This document shows positions 53,744 to 64,000 of a stretch of 64,000 nt of DNA, piece after piece. This DNA is from an uncultured Gammaproteobacteria bacterium (GTDB taxonomy: Bacteria > Pseudomonadota > Gammaproteobacteria > GCA-001735895). The stretch covers positions 71,841-135,840 of the forward strand of contig CAMYLU010000002.1 of assembly GCA_947259485.1 (NCBI GenBank), given 5' to 3'. Each line of letters starts with the position of its first letter. Positions within the stretch are counted from its first letter, which is position 1. The notes below the pieces were generated by a model, which made no database searches, was not told where the DNA came from, and saw nothing but the letters and a program-made list of their open reading frames with translations. The translations under genes were made by a program, and so were the position numbers.

Positions 53744-55561
53744 ATGGCCTGGCAACAAAACATTTTGCGCGTAAACCTGAGCAAAGGCAGCTGCGACTTT
53801 GAACCCCTGAATATGGACTGGGCTAATGCCTATCTGGGTTCACGAGGACTCGGTAGCAAGTATCTTTACGAAGAGATGGATCCGGCGGTAGATGCCCTGT
53901 CGACGGAGAATAAAATCATCTTTGCCACCGGCCCGTTGACCGGAACCATGGCCTCGACCAGCGGCCGCTACACGGTAGTCACCAAGGGCGCGCTAACCGG
54001 CGCCATTGCCTGCTCCAACTCGGGCGGAAAATTCGGCGGGGAGCTGAAAAACGCGGGTTACGATATGCTAATCATCGAAGGTAAATCCGACAAACCAGTC
54101 TACCTGCATATCGAAGACGACAAGGTCGAAATCTGCGACGCCGGCGACATCTGGGGCAAGACCGTATGGGAGACCGAGGATATCCTCGCGGCGAAGTACG
54201 GCGATCCGCTAATGCGCTTTGCCGGCATTGGACAGGCCGGGGAAACCCGGTGCCGTTACGCCTGCGTGGTCAATGACAAGCATCGCGCCGCGGGACGTTC
54301 CGGTGTGGGCGCGGTAATGGGCTCCAAGAACCTCAAAACCATCGCGGTGCGCGGTACTGTCGGTACACCTGCGGCCAGCAAAGAGGTTTACCACAAGATC
54401 AACGAAATCAACGCACGCATGAACGACCGCGAGGGCATGGCGCGTGACGGCACGCTGGCGATGATGGATGTGACCAACGGCTTCGGCAGCTTGCCGACGC
54501 GCAACAATCGCAGCGTGCGCTTCGAGGGCGCCAACAAACTCAATCCCGAGGCCATGCATACACCCAACCCTGACGGTCACACCAATATCGTTACCAACGG
54601 CGCCTGCTTCGGCTGCACCATCGGCTGCGGGCGCATCTGCAAGATCGATCCGAACCACTGGTCAGTCAAGGACCGCCCCGAATACCAGGGCGCCTCCGGC
54701 GGCCTCGAATACGAAACCGCCTATGCGCTTGGCGCGGCCTGTGGCGTAGACGATATTGACGCGGCAACTTTCGCTGGCTTCATCTGTAACGAATACGGCA
54801 TGGATCCGATCTCGCTCGGTGGCTCAATTGCCGCCGCAATGGAGCTGTTCGACATCGGCGCTATCGATGAAAGCACCACCGGCGGTATCAAGCTCGAATT
54901 CGGCAATGCCGAGGCTCTGTGCCAGATTTCGGAGCTCGCCGGCAAGGGCGAAGGATTTGGCGCCGATATCGCGATGGGCTCGAAACGCCTGTGCGAGAAA
55001 TACGGCCATCCGGATTTGTCGATGACGGTCAAGGGCCAGGAATTCGCTGCCTACGATGGCCGCTCCATGCAGGGCATGGGATTGGCTTATGCAACCAGTA
55101 ACCGCGGTGCCTGTCACCTGCGCGCCGATCCGTACGAACATGATTTTGACACCACCGAAATCGCAGGCAAAGCGCAGGTCGTTGCCGAGAGCCAGCGCCT
55201 GGTTGCATTCATGGATTCCAGTGGTCTGTGCCTGTTCCCGGCCGGTTGCGGCTGGGGCACCGAAGACTACTGTGAACTGGTCGACCTGGTCTGTGAGGGC
55301 GACTGGAATACCGAGGCACGGATGGTTGAAACCGGTGAACGCATCTGGAACCTGGAAAAGCTGTTCAACCTGAAGGCTGGCCTGGGTAAGAAAGACGATA
55401 CCCTGCCCAAACGCATCCTCGAGGAACCGGCCGATGTCGGCACCGGCAAGGGCCTGGTATGCAGGCTCGATGAAATGCTACCCGAGTACTATGCTATCAA
55501 TGGCTGGGACGCGGAAGGCGTGCCCACCAGGGATACGCTGAATCGTCTCGGTATCGATTGA
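53744..55561 (+). CDS. Aldehyde:ferredoxin oxidoreductase family (tungsten/molybdenum-pterin, AOR).
   Basis: 605 aa. AOR N-domain 'ILRVNLSKG...ANAYLGSRGLGSKYL...GPLTG...SGRYTVVTKGALTG'. Cys-rich [4Fe-4S] region 'CFGCTIGCGRIC'. Confidence 0.85.
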   Translation: MAWQQNILRVNLSKGSCDFEPLNMDWANAYLGSRGLGSKYLYEEMDPAVDALSTENKIIFATGPLTGTMASTSGRYTVVTKGALTGAIACSNSGGKFGGELKNAGYDMLIIEGKSDKPVYLHIEDDKVEICDAGDIWGKTVWETEDILAAKYGDPLMRFAGIGQAGETRCRYACVVNDKHRAAGRSGVGAVMGSKNLKTIAVRGTVGTPAASKEVYHKINEINARMNDREGMARDGTLAMMDVTNGFGSLPTRNNRSVRFEGANKLNPEAMHTPNPDGHTNIVTNGACFGCTIGCGRICKIDPNHWSVKDRPEYQGASGGLEYETAYALGAACGVDDIDAATFAGFICNEYGMDPISLGGSIAAAMELFDIGAIDESTTGGIKLEFGNAEALCQISELAGKGEGFGADIAMGSKRLCEKYGHPDLSMTVKGQEFAAYDGRSMQGMGLAYATSNRGACHLRADPYEHDFDTTEIAGKAQVVAESQRLVAFMDSSGLCLFPAGCGWGTEDYCELVDLVCEGDWNTEARMVETGERIWNLEKLFNLKAGLGKKDDTLPKRILEEPADVGTGKGLVCRLDEMLPEYYAINGWDAEGVPTRDTLNRLGID

Positions 55562-55582
55562 CAATGCTTACCTGATTGCCGT

Positions 55583-55837
55583 GTGATGGATATATCGGTC
55601 ACCCTGTTCGGCGGGCTACGACACTACCTGCCCGCCGGCAGCTCCTTCAACAAGTGCAAGATCGACGTCGACGAGGGCAGCAGCCTTGCAGCACTGTTGC
55701 AGAAAATTCCGGTTCCGCCCGATAAACCTTACATGGTCATTCTGAATGACGAAAAGGTCGCCAGCGATCAATTCGACGAAATCAATATTCAGGCAGATGA
55801 CGAGGTAGTGCTGCTTCCGCCGATCAAGGGCGGCTGA
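55583..55837 (+). CDS. MoaD/ThiS-family ubiquitin-like small protein with C-terminal Gly-Gly.
   Basis: 84 aa ending '...VVLLPPIKGG'. Lies 22 bp downstream of the AOR gene. Confidence 0.65.
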   Translation: MMDISVTLFGGLRHYLPAGSSFNKCKIDVDEGSSLAALLQKIPVPPDKPYMVILNDEKVASDQFDEINIQADDEVVLLPPIKGG

Positions 55838-55843
55838 AGCCTG

Positions 55844-57337
55844 TCAGGCGGCGCATTCGTCGGTACTTTTGACCTTACCCTCTGCGTCGAGCGTTTCAAG
55901 TTTGACGCCAAATCCCCACAACCGGCGCAAATGCTTCAACACTTCCTCGCGGTTTTTAGCCAGCGGAATATCTTTGTGCGGCACGTGTCGCAGGGTAAGC
56001 GTGCGATCGCCCCGGGTGTCGACATTATAAACCTGGATATTGGGCTCGTTCATGCTGAGGTTATACTGATTGGACAATGCCTGGCGTATATACTGGTAAC
56101 CCGCATCATTGTGAATCGAGGTCACCTCGAGTTCGGTGAGCTGCTCGTCGTCGAGAATTGAAAACAGCTTGAACTCGCGGATCAGCCGCGGCGACAGGAA
56201 TTGTGAAACAAAGCTTTCGTCCTTGAAGTTACGCATTGCAAAATCAAGTGTTTCCTGCCAGTTCGAACCCGCGATATCGGGAAACCAGGTACGGTCTTCC
56301 TCGTCCGGATCAACACAAATTCGCTTGATATCGGTCATCATTGCGTAACCCAGCGCATAGGGATTGATTCCACTAAAATGTTGGCTGTCAAACTCCGGTT
56401 GTGCGACGACGTTGGTATGGCTTTGCAGAAATTCGAGTATAAACCCTTCGGTAACCCTGCCCCGATCGTACAGGGCATTCATAATGTGATAATGCCAGAA
56501 GCAGGCCCAACCCTCGTTCATCACCTGGGTTTGACGTTGCGGGTAAAAATACTGGCCGATCTTGCGCACGATGCGCACCACTTCGCGCTGCCAGGGTTCT
56601 AGCAGGGGTGCGTTCTTCTCGATAAAGTAAAGGATATTTTCCTGCGGTTCCTGCGGGAAATTAGGCTGCGTCGTATCTTCTTCCGCAGCCTCCTTTTGCG
56701 GTACTGTTTTGAGCCAGAGGTCGTTGACCTGTGACTGCAGGTAGGCTTCACGTTCCTTGAGCCGTTCCTTTTCTTCGCGCATTGATACCGGGTTGGGTCG
56801 CTTGTAACGATCGACGCCATGATTCTGTAGCGCATGGCAGGAATCAAGCAGGTTCTCAACCTCATCGATACCGTAACGCTCTTCGCAGTCGCTGATATAG
56901 CGCTTGGCAAAAACCAGGTAATCGATGATTGCCTCGGCATCGGTCCATGCCTGGAACAGGTAGTTGCCCTTGAAAAATGAATTGTGGCCGAAACAGGCAT
57001 GTGCAATCACCAATGCCTGCATCATCATGGTATTTTCTTCCATCAAATAAGCGATGCAGGGATTTGAATTAATTACGATTTCGTAGGCCAAACCCATATG
57101 CCCGCGGCGGTACTGTTGTTCGTTACGAATAAAATGCTTGCCGAACGACCAGTGGCTATAGCCGATCGGCATACCGATACTGGCGTAGGCATCCAGCATC
57201 TGTTCGGCGGTAATCAACTCGATCTGGTTAGGATAGGTATCGAGTTTGAATTCTTCGGCGATATCGGCAATCTCGGCGTGGTATTCTTCGATCAATTCGA
57301 AGGTCCATTCGGCTCCGGTCGAGATCGGTTCGCTCAT
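55844..57337 (-). CDS. SpoVR/YcgB family protein.
   Basis: 497 aa. Conserved SpoVR N-terminal region. Start overlaps the yeaH stop as ATGA. Confidence 0.85.
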   Translation of the reverse strand: MSEPISTGAEWTFELIEEYHAEIADIAEEFKLDTYPNQIELITAEQMLDAYASIGMPIGYSHWSFGKHFIRNEQQYRRGHMGLAYEIVINSNPCIAYLMEENTMMMQALVIAHACFGHNSFFKGNYLFQAWTDAEAIIDYLVFAKRYISDCEERYGIDEVENLLDSCHALQNHGVDRYKRPNPVSMREEKERLKEREAYLQSQVNDLWLKTVPQKEAAEEDTTQPNFPQEPQENILYFIEKNAPLLEPWQREVVRIVRKIGQYFYPQRQTQVMNEGWACFWHYHIMNALYDRGRVTEGFILEFLQSHTNVVAQPEFDSQHFSGINPYALGYAMMTDIKRICVDPDEEDRTWFPDIAGSNWQETLDFAMRNFKDESFVSQFLSPRLIREFKLFSILDDEQLTELEVTSIHNDAGYQYIRQALSNQYNLSMNEPNIQVYNVDTRGDRTLTLRHVPHKDIPLAKNREEVLKHLRRLWGFGVKLETLDAEGKVKSTDECAA

Positions 57338-58596
57338 TGGGTTTGCTTCCTGAAAAATTCACGAAATACCGGGTAAATATCTTCATACTGCCGAATATGT
57401 TGCATGGCAAAATTATCATTGCTCTCCAGCAGGCGGGAATAGTGATCCCATAAACCCTGGTGATCTCGCTTGGTAATTTCAACATAAGCGTAATAGCGCA
57501 ACTGGGGTAACAATTGCTTGGCCAGGATCTGTTCGCAAACCGGGGAGTCATCGTTCCAGTTATCACCATCAGAAGCCTGCGCGGCGTAAATGTTCCAGTC
57601 GGTCGGCGGATAACGCTGGGCGATAATATCGCGAGTCATTTCCAACGCGCTCGACACGATCGTACCGCCGGTCTCACGCGAGTAGAAAAATTCTTCTTCG
57701 TCGACCTCCTTGGCCTGGGTGTGATGACGAATATAAACCACGTCAACGTCGCGATAGCTACGAGTCAGGAAAAGATAAAGCAGGATATAAAAGCGCTTGG
57801 CGATATCCTTGGTTTCCTGGTCCATGGACCCCGACACATCCATCAGGCAAAACATCACGGCCTGGGAAGTAGGTTCCGGGCGCTGAACAAAATTATTGAA
57901 GCGCAAATCGAAAGTGTCGATGAAGGGAATTCTGCGAATACGCCCGCGTAAAACTTCTATTTCTTCCTGCAGTGCAAGGCGTTTAGCTTCGTCACCACCG
58001 ACTTCCTGCTCGAGGACCTCCAATTCCGCTTCGAGCTCGTGCAGAACTCGCCTCGGCTCTGCTCCCATGGCAACGCGCCTGGACAATGCCGAGCGCAGGG
58101 AGCGCACGATATTGATGTTTGTAGGTACACCGTCATTGGTGAAACCGGCGCGCACGGTTTTACTCTTGGTCATCTTGCGCAACTGGTTCTTTTTGAGGTT
58201 GGGCAGCTCGAGATCGTCAAACAGCATATCGAGGTACTCATCCTTCGAGATTTCAAAGGCAAATTCGTCCTCGCCTTCACCGCTATCACTCGCGCGTCGA
58301 CCCTTTTCCTGACCCTGGTTAAGCGGGCGTTTGATCTTGTCGCCCTGCGCGAATTCCTTGTTACCGGGATAAACCCCTTCGCGAACACCACCCTTATCGT
58401 TACGGAAGGTGGGCTCGGAAATATCACGAGTTGGAATCGACACGCTTTCGCCGCCGTCGATATTGGTGATTGAACGCTCCGAGATCTGTTCCGAAATCGC
58501 TTTTTTAATCTGCTTTTTATAACGCCTTAAAAATCGCTGCCGGTTTACCGTGCTCTTGTTCTTTGCGTTCGGCCGTCTGTCAATGAGTTGCGCCAT
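57334..58596 (-). CDS. yeaH: YeaH (DUF444, vWA-containing) protein.
   Basis: Start set at 'MAQLIDRR'. vWA-like '[12 protein letters not shown]'. Confidence 0.8.
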   Translation of the reverse strand: MAQLIDRRPNAKNKSTVNRQRFLRRYKKQIKKAISEQISERSITNIDGGESVSIPTRDISEPTFRNDKGGVREGVYPGNKEFAQGDKIKRPLNQGQEKGRRASDSGEGEDEFAFEISKDEYLDMLFDDLELPNLKKNQLRKMTKSKTVRAGFTNDGVPTNINIVRSLRSALSRRVAMGAEPRRVLHELEAELEVLEQEVGGDEAKRLALQEEIEVLRGRIRRIPFIDTFDLRFNNFVQRPEPTSQAVMFCLMDVSGSMDQETKDIAKRFYILLYLFLTRSYRDVDVVYIRHHTQAKEVDEEEFFYSRETGGTIVSSALEMTRDIIAQRYPPTDWNIYAAQASDGDNWNDDSPVCEQILAKQLLPQLRYYAYVEITKRDHQGLWDHYSRLLESNDNFAMQHIRQYEDIYPVFREFFRKQTQ

Positions 58597-58625
58597 GTCA
58601 GTCTTCTCGGAATCGGACCCATTGC

Positions 58626-60548
58626 TTAAGAAGATTTTCGGACGCGCAGATACCATTCACATAACAGGCGTACCTGTTTCTCGGTATAACCTTTCTCGAC
58701 CATACGCGAAACAAAGTTGGCATGCTTCTTTTCGTCTTCCTCGGAAGCTTTTGCGCTGAAAGAAATGACCGGTAATAACTCCTCGGTGTTGGAAAACATT
58801 TTCTTTTCGATCACGGTGCGTAATTTTTCATAGCTCACCCATTCCGGATTATTACCGTCGTTCTGGGCACGAGCACGTAATACGAAATTAACCACTTCGT
58901 TACGAAAATCCTTGGGATTGGAAATGCCCGCAGGCTTTTCAATTTTTTCAAGCTCCTCATTGAGTGAGGCGCGCCCAAAATTTTCGCCGGTTTCCGGATC
59001 ACGGTATTCCTGGTCCTGGATCCAGAAATCAGCATAGGTGACATAACGGTCGAAAATGTTCTGACCATATTCCGAGTATGACTCGAGGTAAGAAGTCTGG
59101 ATTTCCTTGCCGATAAACTCGACGTAGTTGGGCACCAGGAAGGCCTTGATATGCTCCAGGTAACGATCGTGTAAATCCTGGGGAAATTGTTCGCGCGCTA
59201 TTTGTTGCTCGAGTACATAGAGCAGGTGCACCGGGTTTGCGGCGACCTCGGTCTGGTCAAAATTAAATACGCGTGACAGGATCTTGAATGCAAAACGCGT
59301 AGACAAACCTCTCATGCCCTCGTCAACACCGGCATAATCACGATATTCCTGGTAAGACTTCGCCTTCGGATCTGTATCTTTGAGGCTTTCCCCGTCATAG
59401 ACACGCATCTTCGAGTACATACTCGAGTTTTCCGGTGCCACCAGGCGCGACAAAACGCTGAACTGCGCCAGCATTTCGAGGGTGCTCGGCGCGCAAGAAG
59501 CTTCCGAGAGTGAGCTATTGTGCAGCAACTTGTCGTAAATCCTGATTTCTTCGGAAACGCGCAGGCAATAGGGAACCTTGACGATGTAGACCCGGTCGAG
59601 AAACGCCTCGTTGTTCTTGTTATTACGAAATGCCTGCCATTCCGATTCATTCGAATGTGCCAGGATGGTGCCTTCAAACGGTAACGCGGAAAGTCCCTCG
59701 GTGCCGTTGTAATTACCTTCCTGGGTGGCGGTCAGCAATGGATGCAACACCTTGATCGGTGCCTTGAACATTTCGACAAATTCCATCAAACCCTGGTTGG
59801 CCCGACATAGAGCCCCCGAGTAACTATAGGCATCGGCATCGTTTTGCGCGAAATGCTCGAGCATGCGGATATCGACCTTACCAACCAGCGCGGAAATATC
59901 CTGGTTGTTTTCGTCACCGGGCTCGGTTTTTGCAATGGCGATCTGGTTGAGGATCGAAGGCTGCATCTTGACCACCTTGAATTGACTGATATCACCACCG
60001 TATTCAATGAGGCGCTTGGCGGCCCAGGGCGACATAATCTTGTTCAGGTGGCGCTTGGAAATACCGAAATCCTGTTCCAGGATTGCGGCATCCTCATTCA
60101 CGTCAAACAATCCCAGCGGGGACTCGAATACCGGGGAATCCTTGATCGCGTAGATCGGCATTTTCTCCATTAAAATCTTGAGACGATCAGCGAGTGACGA
60201 CTTGCCACCTCCGACCGGGCCCAGCAGATAGAGAATCTGTTTCTTTTCCTCTAACCCCTGTGCGGCGTGCTTGAAATAAGAAACGATTTGTTCAATCGCC
60301 TCTTCCATACCATAAAATTCGGAAAAAGCCGGATATCGTGCGATCAGTTTATTGGAAAAAATGCGGCTGAGCCGGGAATCCTGCGAGGTATCGACCAGTT
60401 CGGGTTCACCAATTGCGGCCAGCATGCGTTCTGCCGCGGTCGCGTAAACCAGGGGGTCTTTTTTACAGAGTTCGAGGTATTCCTGCAGCGAATATTCTTC
60501 CTGCTGGTGGTGGTCGAATCGTTCACGATAACTTTCGAAAATGCTCAT
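58626..60548 (-). CDS. yeaG: PrkA/YeaG serine protein kinase with AAA+ ATPase domain.
   Basis: 640 aa. Walker A '[12 protein letters not shown]'. Conserved PrkA C-domain. Confidence 0.9.
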   Translation of the reverse strand: MSIFESYRERFDHHQQEEYSLQEYLELCKKDPLVYATAAERMLAAIGEPELVDTSQDSRLSRIFSNKLIARYPAFSEFYGMEEAIEQIVSYFKHAAQGLEEKKQILYLLGPVGGGKSSLADRLKILMEKMPIYAIKDSPVFESPLGLFDVNEDAAILEQDFGISKRHLNKIMSPWAAKRLIEYGGDISQFKVVKMQPSILNQIAIAKTEPGDENNQDISALVGKVDIRMLEHFAQNDADAYSYSGALCRANQGLMEFVEMFKAPIKVLHPLLTATQEGNYNGTEGLSALPFEGTILAHSNESEWQAFRNNKNNEAFLDRVYIVKVPYCLRVSEEIRIYDKLLHNSSLSEASCAPSTLEMLAQFSVLSRLVAPENSSMYSKMRVYDGESLKDTDPKAKSYQEYRDYAGVDEGMRGLSTRFAFKILSRVFNFDQTEVAANPVHLLYVLEQQIAREQFPQDLHDRYLEHIKAFLVPNYVEFIGKEIQTSYLESYSEYGQNIFDRYVTYADFWIQDQEYRDPETGENFGRASLNEELEKIEKPAGISNPKDFRNEVVNFVLRARAQNDGNNPEWVSYEKLRTVIEKKMFSNTEELLPVISFSAKASEEDEKKHANFVSRMVEKGYTEKQVRLLCEWYLRVRKSS

Positions 60549-60928
60549 TGGGGCTACCTATTCCAAGTTCGGATCAGGAACGGCACCCAGCGAATCCCTT
60601 CATATGACCAGGCGCCGCCTGATGAATTTAATTCTGACTCTTTGTGTGGTTATGTTTACTAAGCATAGTAAAGTTTTAGACGATGACCTGTGAATTTCGT
60701 TCGCAAAATAAATTTATTTCCATATAAATTATTTCACTATTCGGGAAACGCCATGATCGCTGAATCATCACCACCATTCAATACCACTATGTGCCGCCTT
60801 GCAAGAAACTTACCAAGTTGGTGCATGCCGCCCGCCATGGAATGCAATTTGCGCCGGGAGAAGAGGTCTGCAAAAGTTTCTCGAATACTTTTTGCCTTGA
60901 ATATCAAGCTCTTAGGAAATAACGGCGG

Positions 60929-61786
60929 CTAGTTTTTTGTTTTTGGCTCAGCCACGTCTCGCAGTTGCAGCGCTTGTTGATAAAGCTCATTCTTCTTCTT
61001 CCCCGTCAAACGCATGGCAATTTTTACCGCAATTTTGACGGATACTTCCTCCAGCAGAACCTTGAGTATTTCAACGTCGTCCGTGTTCAGTTGTTTACTC
61101 GCTGGATCGGCTGAATTGTCGATCAGTACCACGAATTCACCCTTGCTTAAAACGCTATCATCTTGCAACCGCGTCAACAGTTCCGCGGCGCTACCACGCA
61201 TGAAATTTTCATGTAACTTGGTGAGTTCCTTGGCTACCACACACTGTTTTTGCGGAAACACCTCTACCAGTTGCTGTATCAGGCGCTCGATACGATGGCT
61301 CGACTCAAACAGGACAAGGGTCACGGGTATTTCGCGCAAAGCTTGCAGTTGCTGACCACGTTCCCTGGTACGCGAAGACAGGAAACCGCAAAAATAAAAA
61401 TTTTCCGTCGGCAACCCGGCAGCACTCAGGGCCGCAATTGCACTATTAGCCCCTGGTATGGGTGAAACCCGTATACCTGCCTGCTGGGCGGCAACTACCA
61501 GCCTGTATCCCGGATCCGAAATCAGCGGTGTTCCCGCATCCGAAATCAGTGCAACATTACTGCCGGCCGTCAATTTTTCGAGCAACACCTCGCTACGGGC
61601 ATTTTCATTATGTTCATGGCAGGAAATCATCGGGGTTTCAATTTCGAGATGATTCAACAGGTATTTACTGTGGCGGGTATCCTCGGCGGCAATCAAATCA
61701 ACCGCGTTGAGTGTTGCGATTGCACGCAGACTGATATCATCCAGGTTTCCAATCGGGGTTGCGACAATATAGAGTACGCCGGTCAT
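60929..61786 (-). CDS. rsmI: 16S rRNA 2'-O-methyltransferase (C1402).
   Basis: 'MTGVLYIVATPIGNLDDIS' tetrapyrrole-methylase fold, 285 aa. Confidence 0.85.
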   Translation of the reverse strand: MTGVLYIVATPIGNLDDISLRAIATLNAVDLIAAEDTRHSKYLLNHLEIETPMISCHEHNENARSEVLLEKLTAGSNVALISDAGTPLISDPGYRLVVAAQQAGIRVSPIPGANSAIAALSAAGLPTENFYFCGFLSSRTRERGQQLQALREIPVTLVLFESSHRIERLIQQLVEVFPQKQCVVAKELTKLHENFMRGSAAELLTRLQDDSVLSKGEFVVLIDNSADPASKQLNTDDVEILKVLLEEVSVKIAVKIAMRLTGKKKNELYQQALQLRDVAEPKTKN

Positions 61787-61861
61787 GCAAAAAGAGTGTA
61801 CACTATTCGCCTGTTACGAAAATCGCCAGACCTCCGTTTCCATTCTAAGTTGATCCATCTA

Positions 61862-63796
61862 ATGAAACCGACCCGTTCAATCCTGTTTCTGCTGGCACTG
61901 ATCCTGGGACTTGCCGCCTGTGAATCAGGTCGTCAATTCGGTTCGGATGGCAGCGGCACGACATCACCGGGAGATCCGGATGCTGCGAGCGAGATTCTGA
62001 CGCCAACCGAAGAGGATATCATCACTGCTTTTCAATACGAGGTTGATAAGCAGTGGCTGGAAGCCTCGGTGTTGTATGACAAGCTTGCACAATCCGCCAC
62101 TCAACCGGAACGCTCCTCATACCTGCTCAAGGTAGCCCTGATGTATTTCGAAGGAGGGTTCTACGAAGAAATTGACCCTTATTTCGATCAACTGGGTGAA
62201 CAGGACATCATAGAGCTGGACCTGAATTACCGCGAGACGATCCGGGCGGGAGGTTACCTGGGAGAAGGCAAGATTTACCAGAGTCTGGCGGCGCTGCCAG
62301 AGATCGAAGAGATCATTGATTATCGTTACAAGGCCCTCGCACTCAGGATTCGCTCGCGCGGGGTACTTGCGATCGGCAAACCCCTGGAAAGCGCCAAATT
62401 ACGCATGCAAATCAGCCAGTTTTTGCAAACACCGCAGGAAATTGAAGAAAATCATGACTTTATCTGGGATGCGCTCAACCGCATTTCCGAGCCTGCAATG
62501 ATCCGGGCGCTTGCCGAACAAATCACTTACGAGGTGCGCGGTTGGCTGGAATTAAACCTGATAGCGCGCCGATCGAATATGCTCCCCGTAAAAATGGAGC
62601 CCTGGATCGACCAATGGTACCAGCTTTATGGCGATCACTCCGCAGCGCCGAGATACGCCATCAGCCTGCTCGAAGAAAGCAAGCGTATTTATATTAATCC
62701 AACGCGTATCGCGCTGATGTTGCCTTTTTCCGGGCGTCTCGAAAAGGTTGCAGAGGCGATCCAGAATGGTTTTCTGTACGCTTATTACCAGGACCCCGAG
62801 CAGATTGCCGACCTTGAGATTATCAATGCCAGTAACAACCCCGCGGAATTTAACCTGCAATACGAGCAGGCAATTCAGGACGGTGCTGATTTTATAGTTG
62901 GCCCGATAGCCAAGGACCTGATTGACCTGCTGCAACAACGTGAACAACTCGAAGTTCCGACCCTGACTTTGAATTACGGCAATGATCAGAGTGAAACCCG
63001 GTTAAATCTTTACCAGTTCGGTTTGCGTCCGGAAGACGAAGCTGTGCAGATTGCGGATTACGCATTAGCCCAGGGCAGGCATCACGCACTTGTGCTGGTG
63101 CCCGACACCGAGTGGGGCTATCGACTCCAGCGTGCGTTCAGTCACCGCTTCGAGTCGCTAGGTGGCCACGTCGTCGACAGCAGCAGTTACCCGGCGAAAA
63201 AGAACGATTATTCAACGGAAATCAAGAACCTGCTCAACCTGACCACCAGCAACCATCGTAAAAGCATTTTGCAGCAGGTGATCAAGGAACAGGTCAAATT
63301 CGATGCGCGCCGCCGCCAGGACGTCGACATGATATTTATCGCCGGCAACTCGAGACAGGCCAGGCTGATCAAACCGCAGCTCAAGTTCCACCATGCGCAG
63401 GATTTACCCGTATATTCGACATCGCATATTTCTGCCAGCAACAGCAATCCCGACGATGATCGCGACCTGGATGAAATTCTTTTTGTCGACATCCCGTGGA
63501 TGCTGGACAACCACTCCAATCGCGACCATCAGCAAATCAGTCGTCTCTGGCCAGATGAGAGCCAGCGTTTCAGCCGCCTGTTTGCACTCGGGATCGATGC
63601 TTATCGAATGATTCCTTCGCTGCGCCGACTGATGATTAATCCCGAGGAATCGCTACCGCATAACACCGGTAAATTATCAGTTGATAAAAACGGCCGGGTG
63701 AAACGATCGCTGATGATGGCAACTTATGAAAAAGGTCGAGCCAAGCTACTGGAAGTTCCAGACACCCAGAACCTGGCTCCGGGACTACCTCCGTAA
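61862..63796 (+). CDS. lpoA: Penicillin-binding protein activator LpoA (LppC family lipoprotein).
   Basis: Start set at the lipoprotein signal 'MKPTRSILFLLALILGLAAC'. TPR N-domain plus periplasmic-binding-like C-domain. Divergent from rsmI and followed by yraN, as in E. coli. Confidence 0.8.
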   Translation: MKPTRSILFLLALILGLAACESGRQFGSDGSGTTSPGDPDAASEILTPTEEDIITAFQYEVDKQWLEASVLYDKLAQSATQPERSSYLLKVALMYFEGGFYEEIDPYFDQLGEQDIIELDLNYRETIRAGGYLGEGKIYQSLAALPEIEEIIDYRYKALALRIRSRGVLAIGKPLESAKLRMQISQFLQTPQEIEENHDFIWDALNRISEPAMIRALAEQITYEVRGWLELNLIARRSNMLPVKMEPWIDQWYQLYGDHSAAPRYAISLLEESKRIYINPTRIALMLPFSGRLEKVAEAIQNGFLYAYYQDPEQIADLEIINASNNPAEFNLQYEQAIQDGADFIVGPIAKDLIDLLQQREQLEVPTLTLNYGNDQSETRLNLYQFGLRPEDEAVQIADYALAQGRHHALVLVPDTEWGYRLQRAFSHRFESLGGHVVDSSSYPAKKNDYSTEIKNLLNLTTSNHRKSILQQVIKEQVKFDARRRQDVDMIFIAGNSRQARLIKPQLKFHHAQDLPVYSTSHISASNSNPDDDRDLDEILFVDIPWMLDNHSNRDHQQISRLWPDESQRFSRLFALGIDAYRMIPSLRRLMINPEESLPHNTGKLSVDKNGRVKRSLMMATYEKGRAKLLEVPDTQNLAPGLPP

Positions 63797-63800
63797 TTCG

Positions 63801-64000
63801 ATGAACCTTAATCTTCGCAAAGGATTGCGTTTTGAAGATCGGGCCAGGGACTACCTGTTGGAGCGCGGCCTGTTGTTGATACAATCGAATTACCGCTGCC
63901 GCTTTGGCGAAATCGATTTGATCATGCTTGATCGAGATACCGTCTGTTTTATCGAGGTGAAATTTCGCAGGTCGTTAGCCTTTGGCGGTGCCGCGGTTGC
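63801..64000 (+). CDS. yraN: UPF0102 protein YraN. Partial; continues beyond the window.
   Basis: 'MNLNLRKGLRFEDRARDYLLERGLLLIQSNYRCRFGEIDLIMLDRD..FIEVKFRR' is the YraN endonuclease-like signature. Confidence 0.6.
   Translation, partial: MNLNLRKGLRFEDRARDYLLERGLLLIQSNYRCRFGEIDLIMLDRDTVCFIEVKFRRSLAFGGAAV

Overview
This window is core chromosome from a Gammaproteobacterium, about 50% GC, with E. coli-like and Pseudomonas-like synteny. The largest block is a complete division and cell-wall (dcw) cluster on the minus strand: mraZ, rsmH, ftsL, ftsI, murE, murF, mraY, murD, ftsW, murG, murC, murB, ddl, ftsQ, ftsA, ftsZ. Directly upstream of it, co-oriented, sits an RNase P RNA gene (rnpB) with its own intrinsic terminator; no CDS caller would report this gene. 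Other housekeeping loci: a gcvP 3' fragment, sdaA, mscS-like, prmB, SCO1 and PCu(A)C copper chaperones, psd, epmA-efp, parE-parC (topoisomerase IV), xerD, lptF/lptG, pepA-holC-valS, rsmI, lpoA and a partial yraN. Accessory-looking items: (1) a mosaic intergenic repeat family (modules A and B) with two full copies and one relic; (2) a 25-bp inverted repeat spanning the full 142-bp gap between two convergent genes; (3) a FimX-like REC-PAS-GGDEF-EAL protein with degenerate motifs; (4) a tungsten/molybdenum aldehyde:ferredoxin oxidoreductase next to a MoaD/ThiS-like protein, beside the prkA-yeaH-spoVR operon; (5) a Lys/Ala-rich histone H1-like gene built from tandem repeats; (6) an aminotransferase, PLP-decarboxylase and LysE neighbourhood. 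No CRISPR array, tRNA, rRNA, IS element or prophage was found. Coordinates follow the ORF track, with some starts corrected; my own position counting may be off by 1 nt in places.
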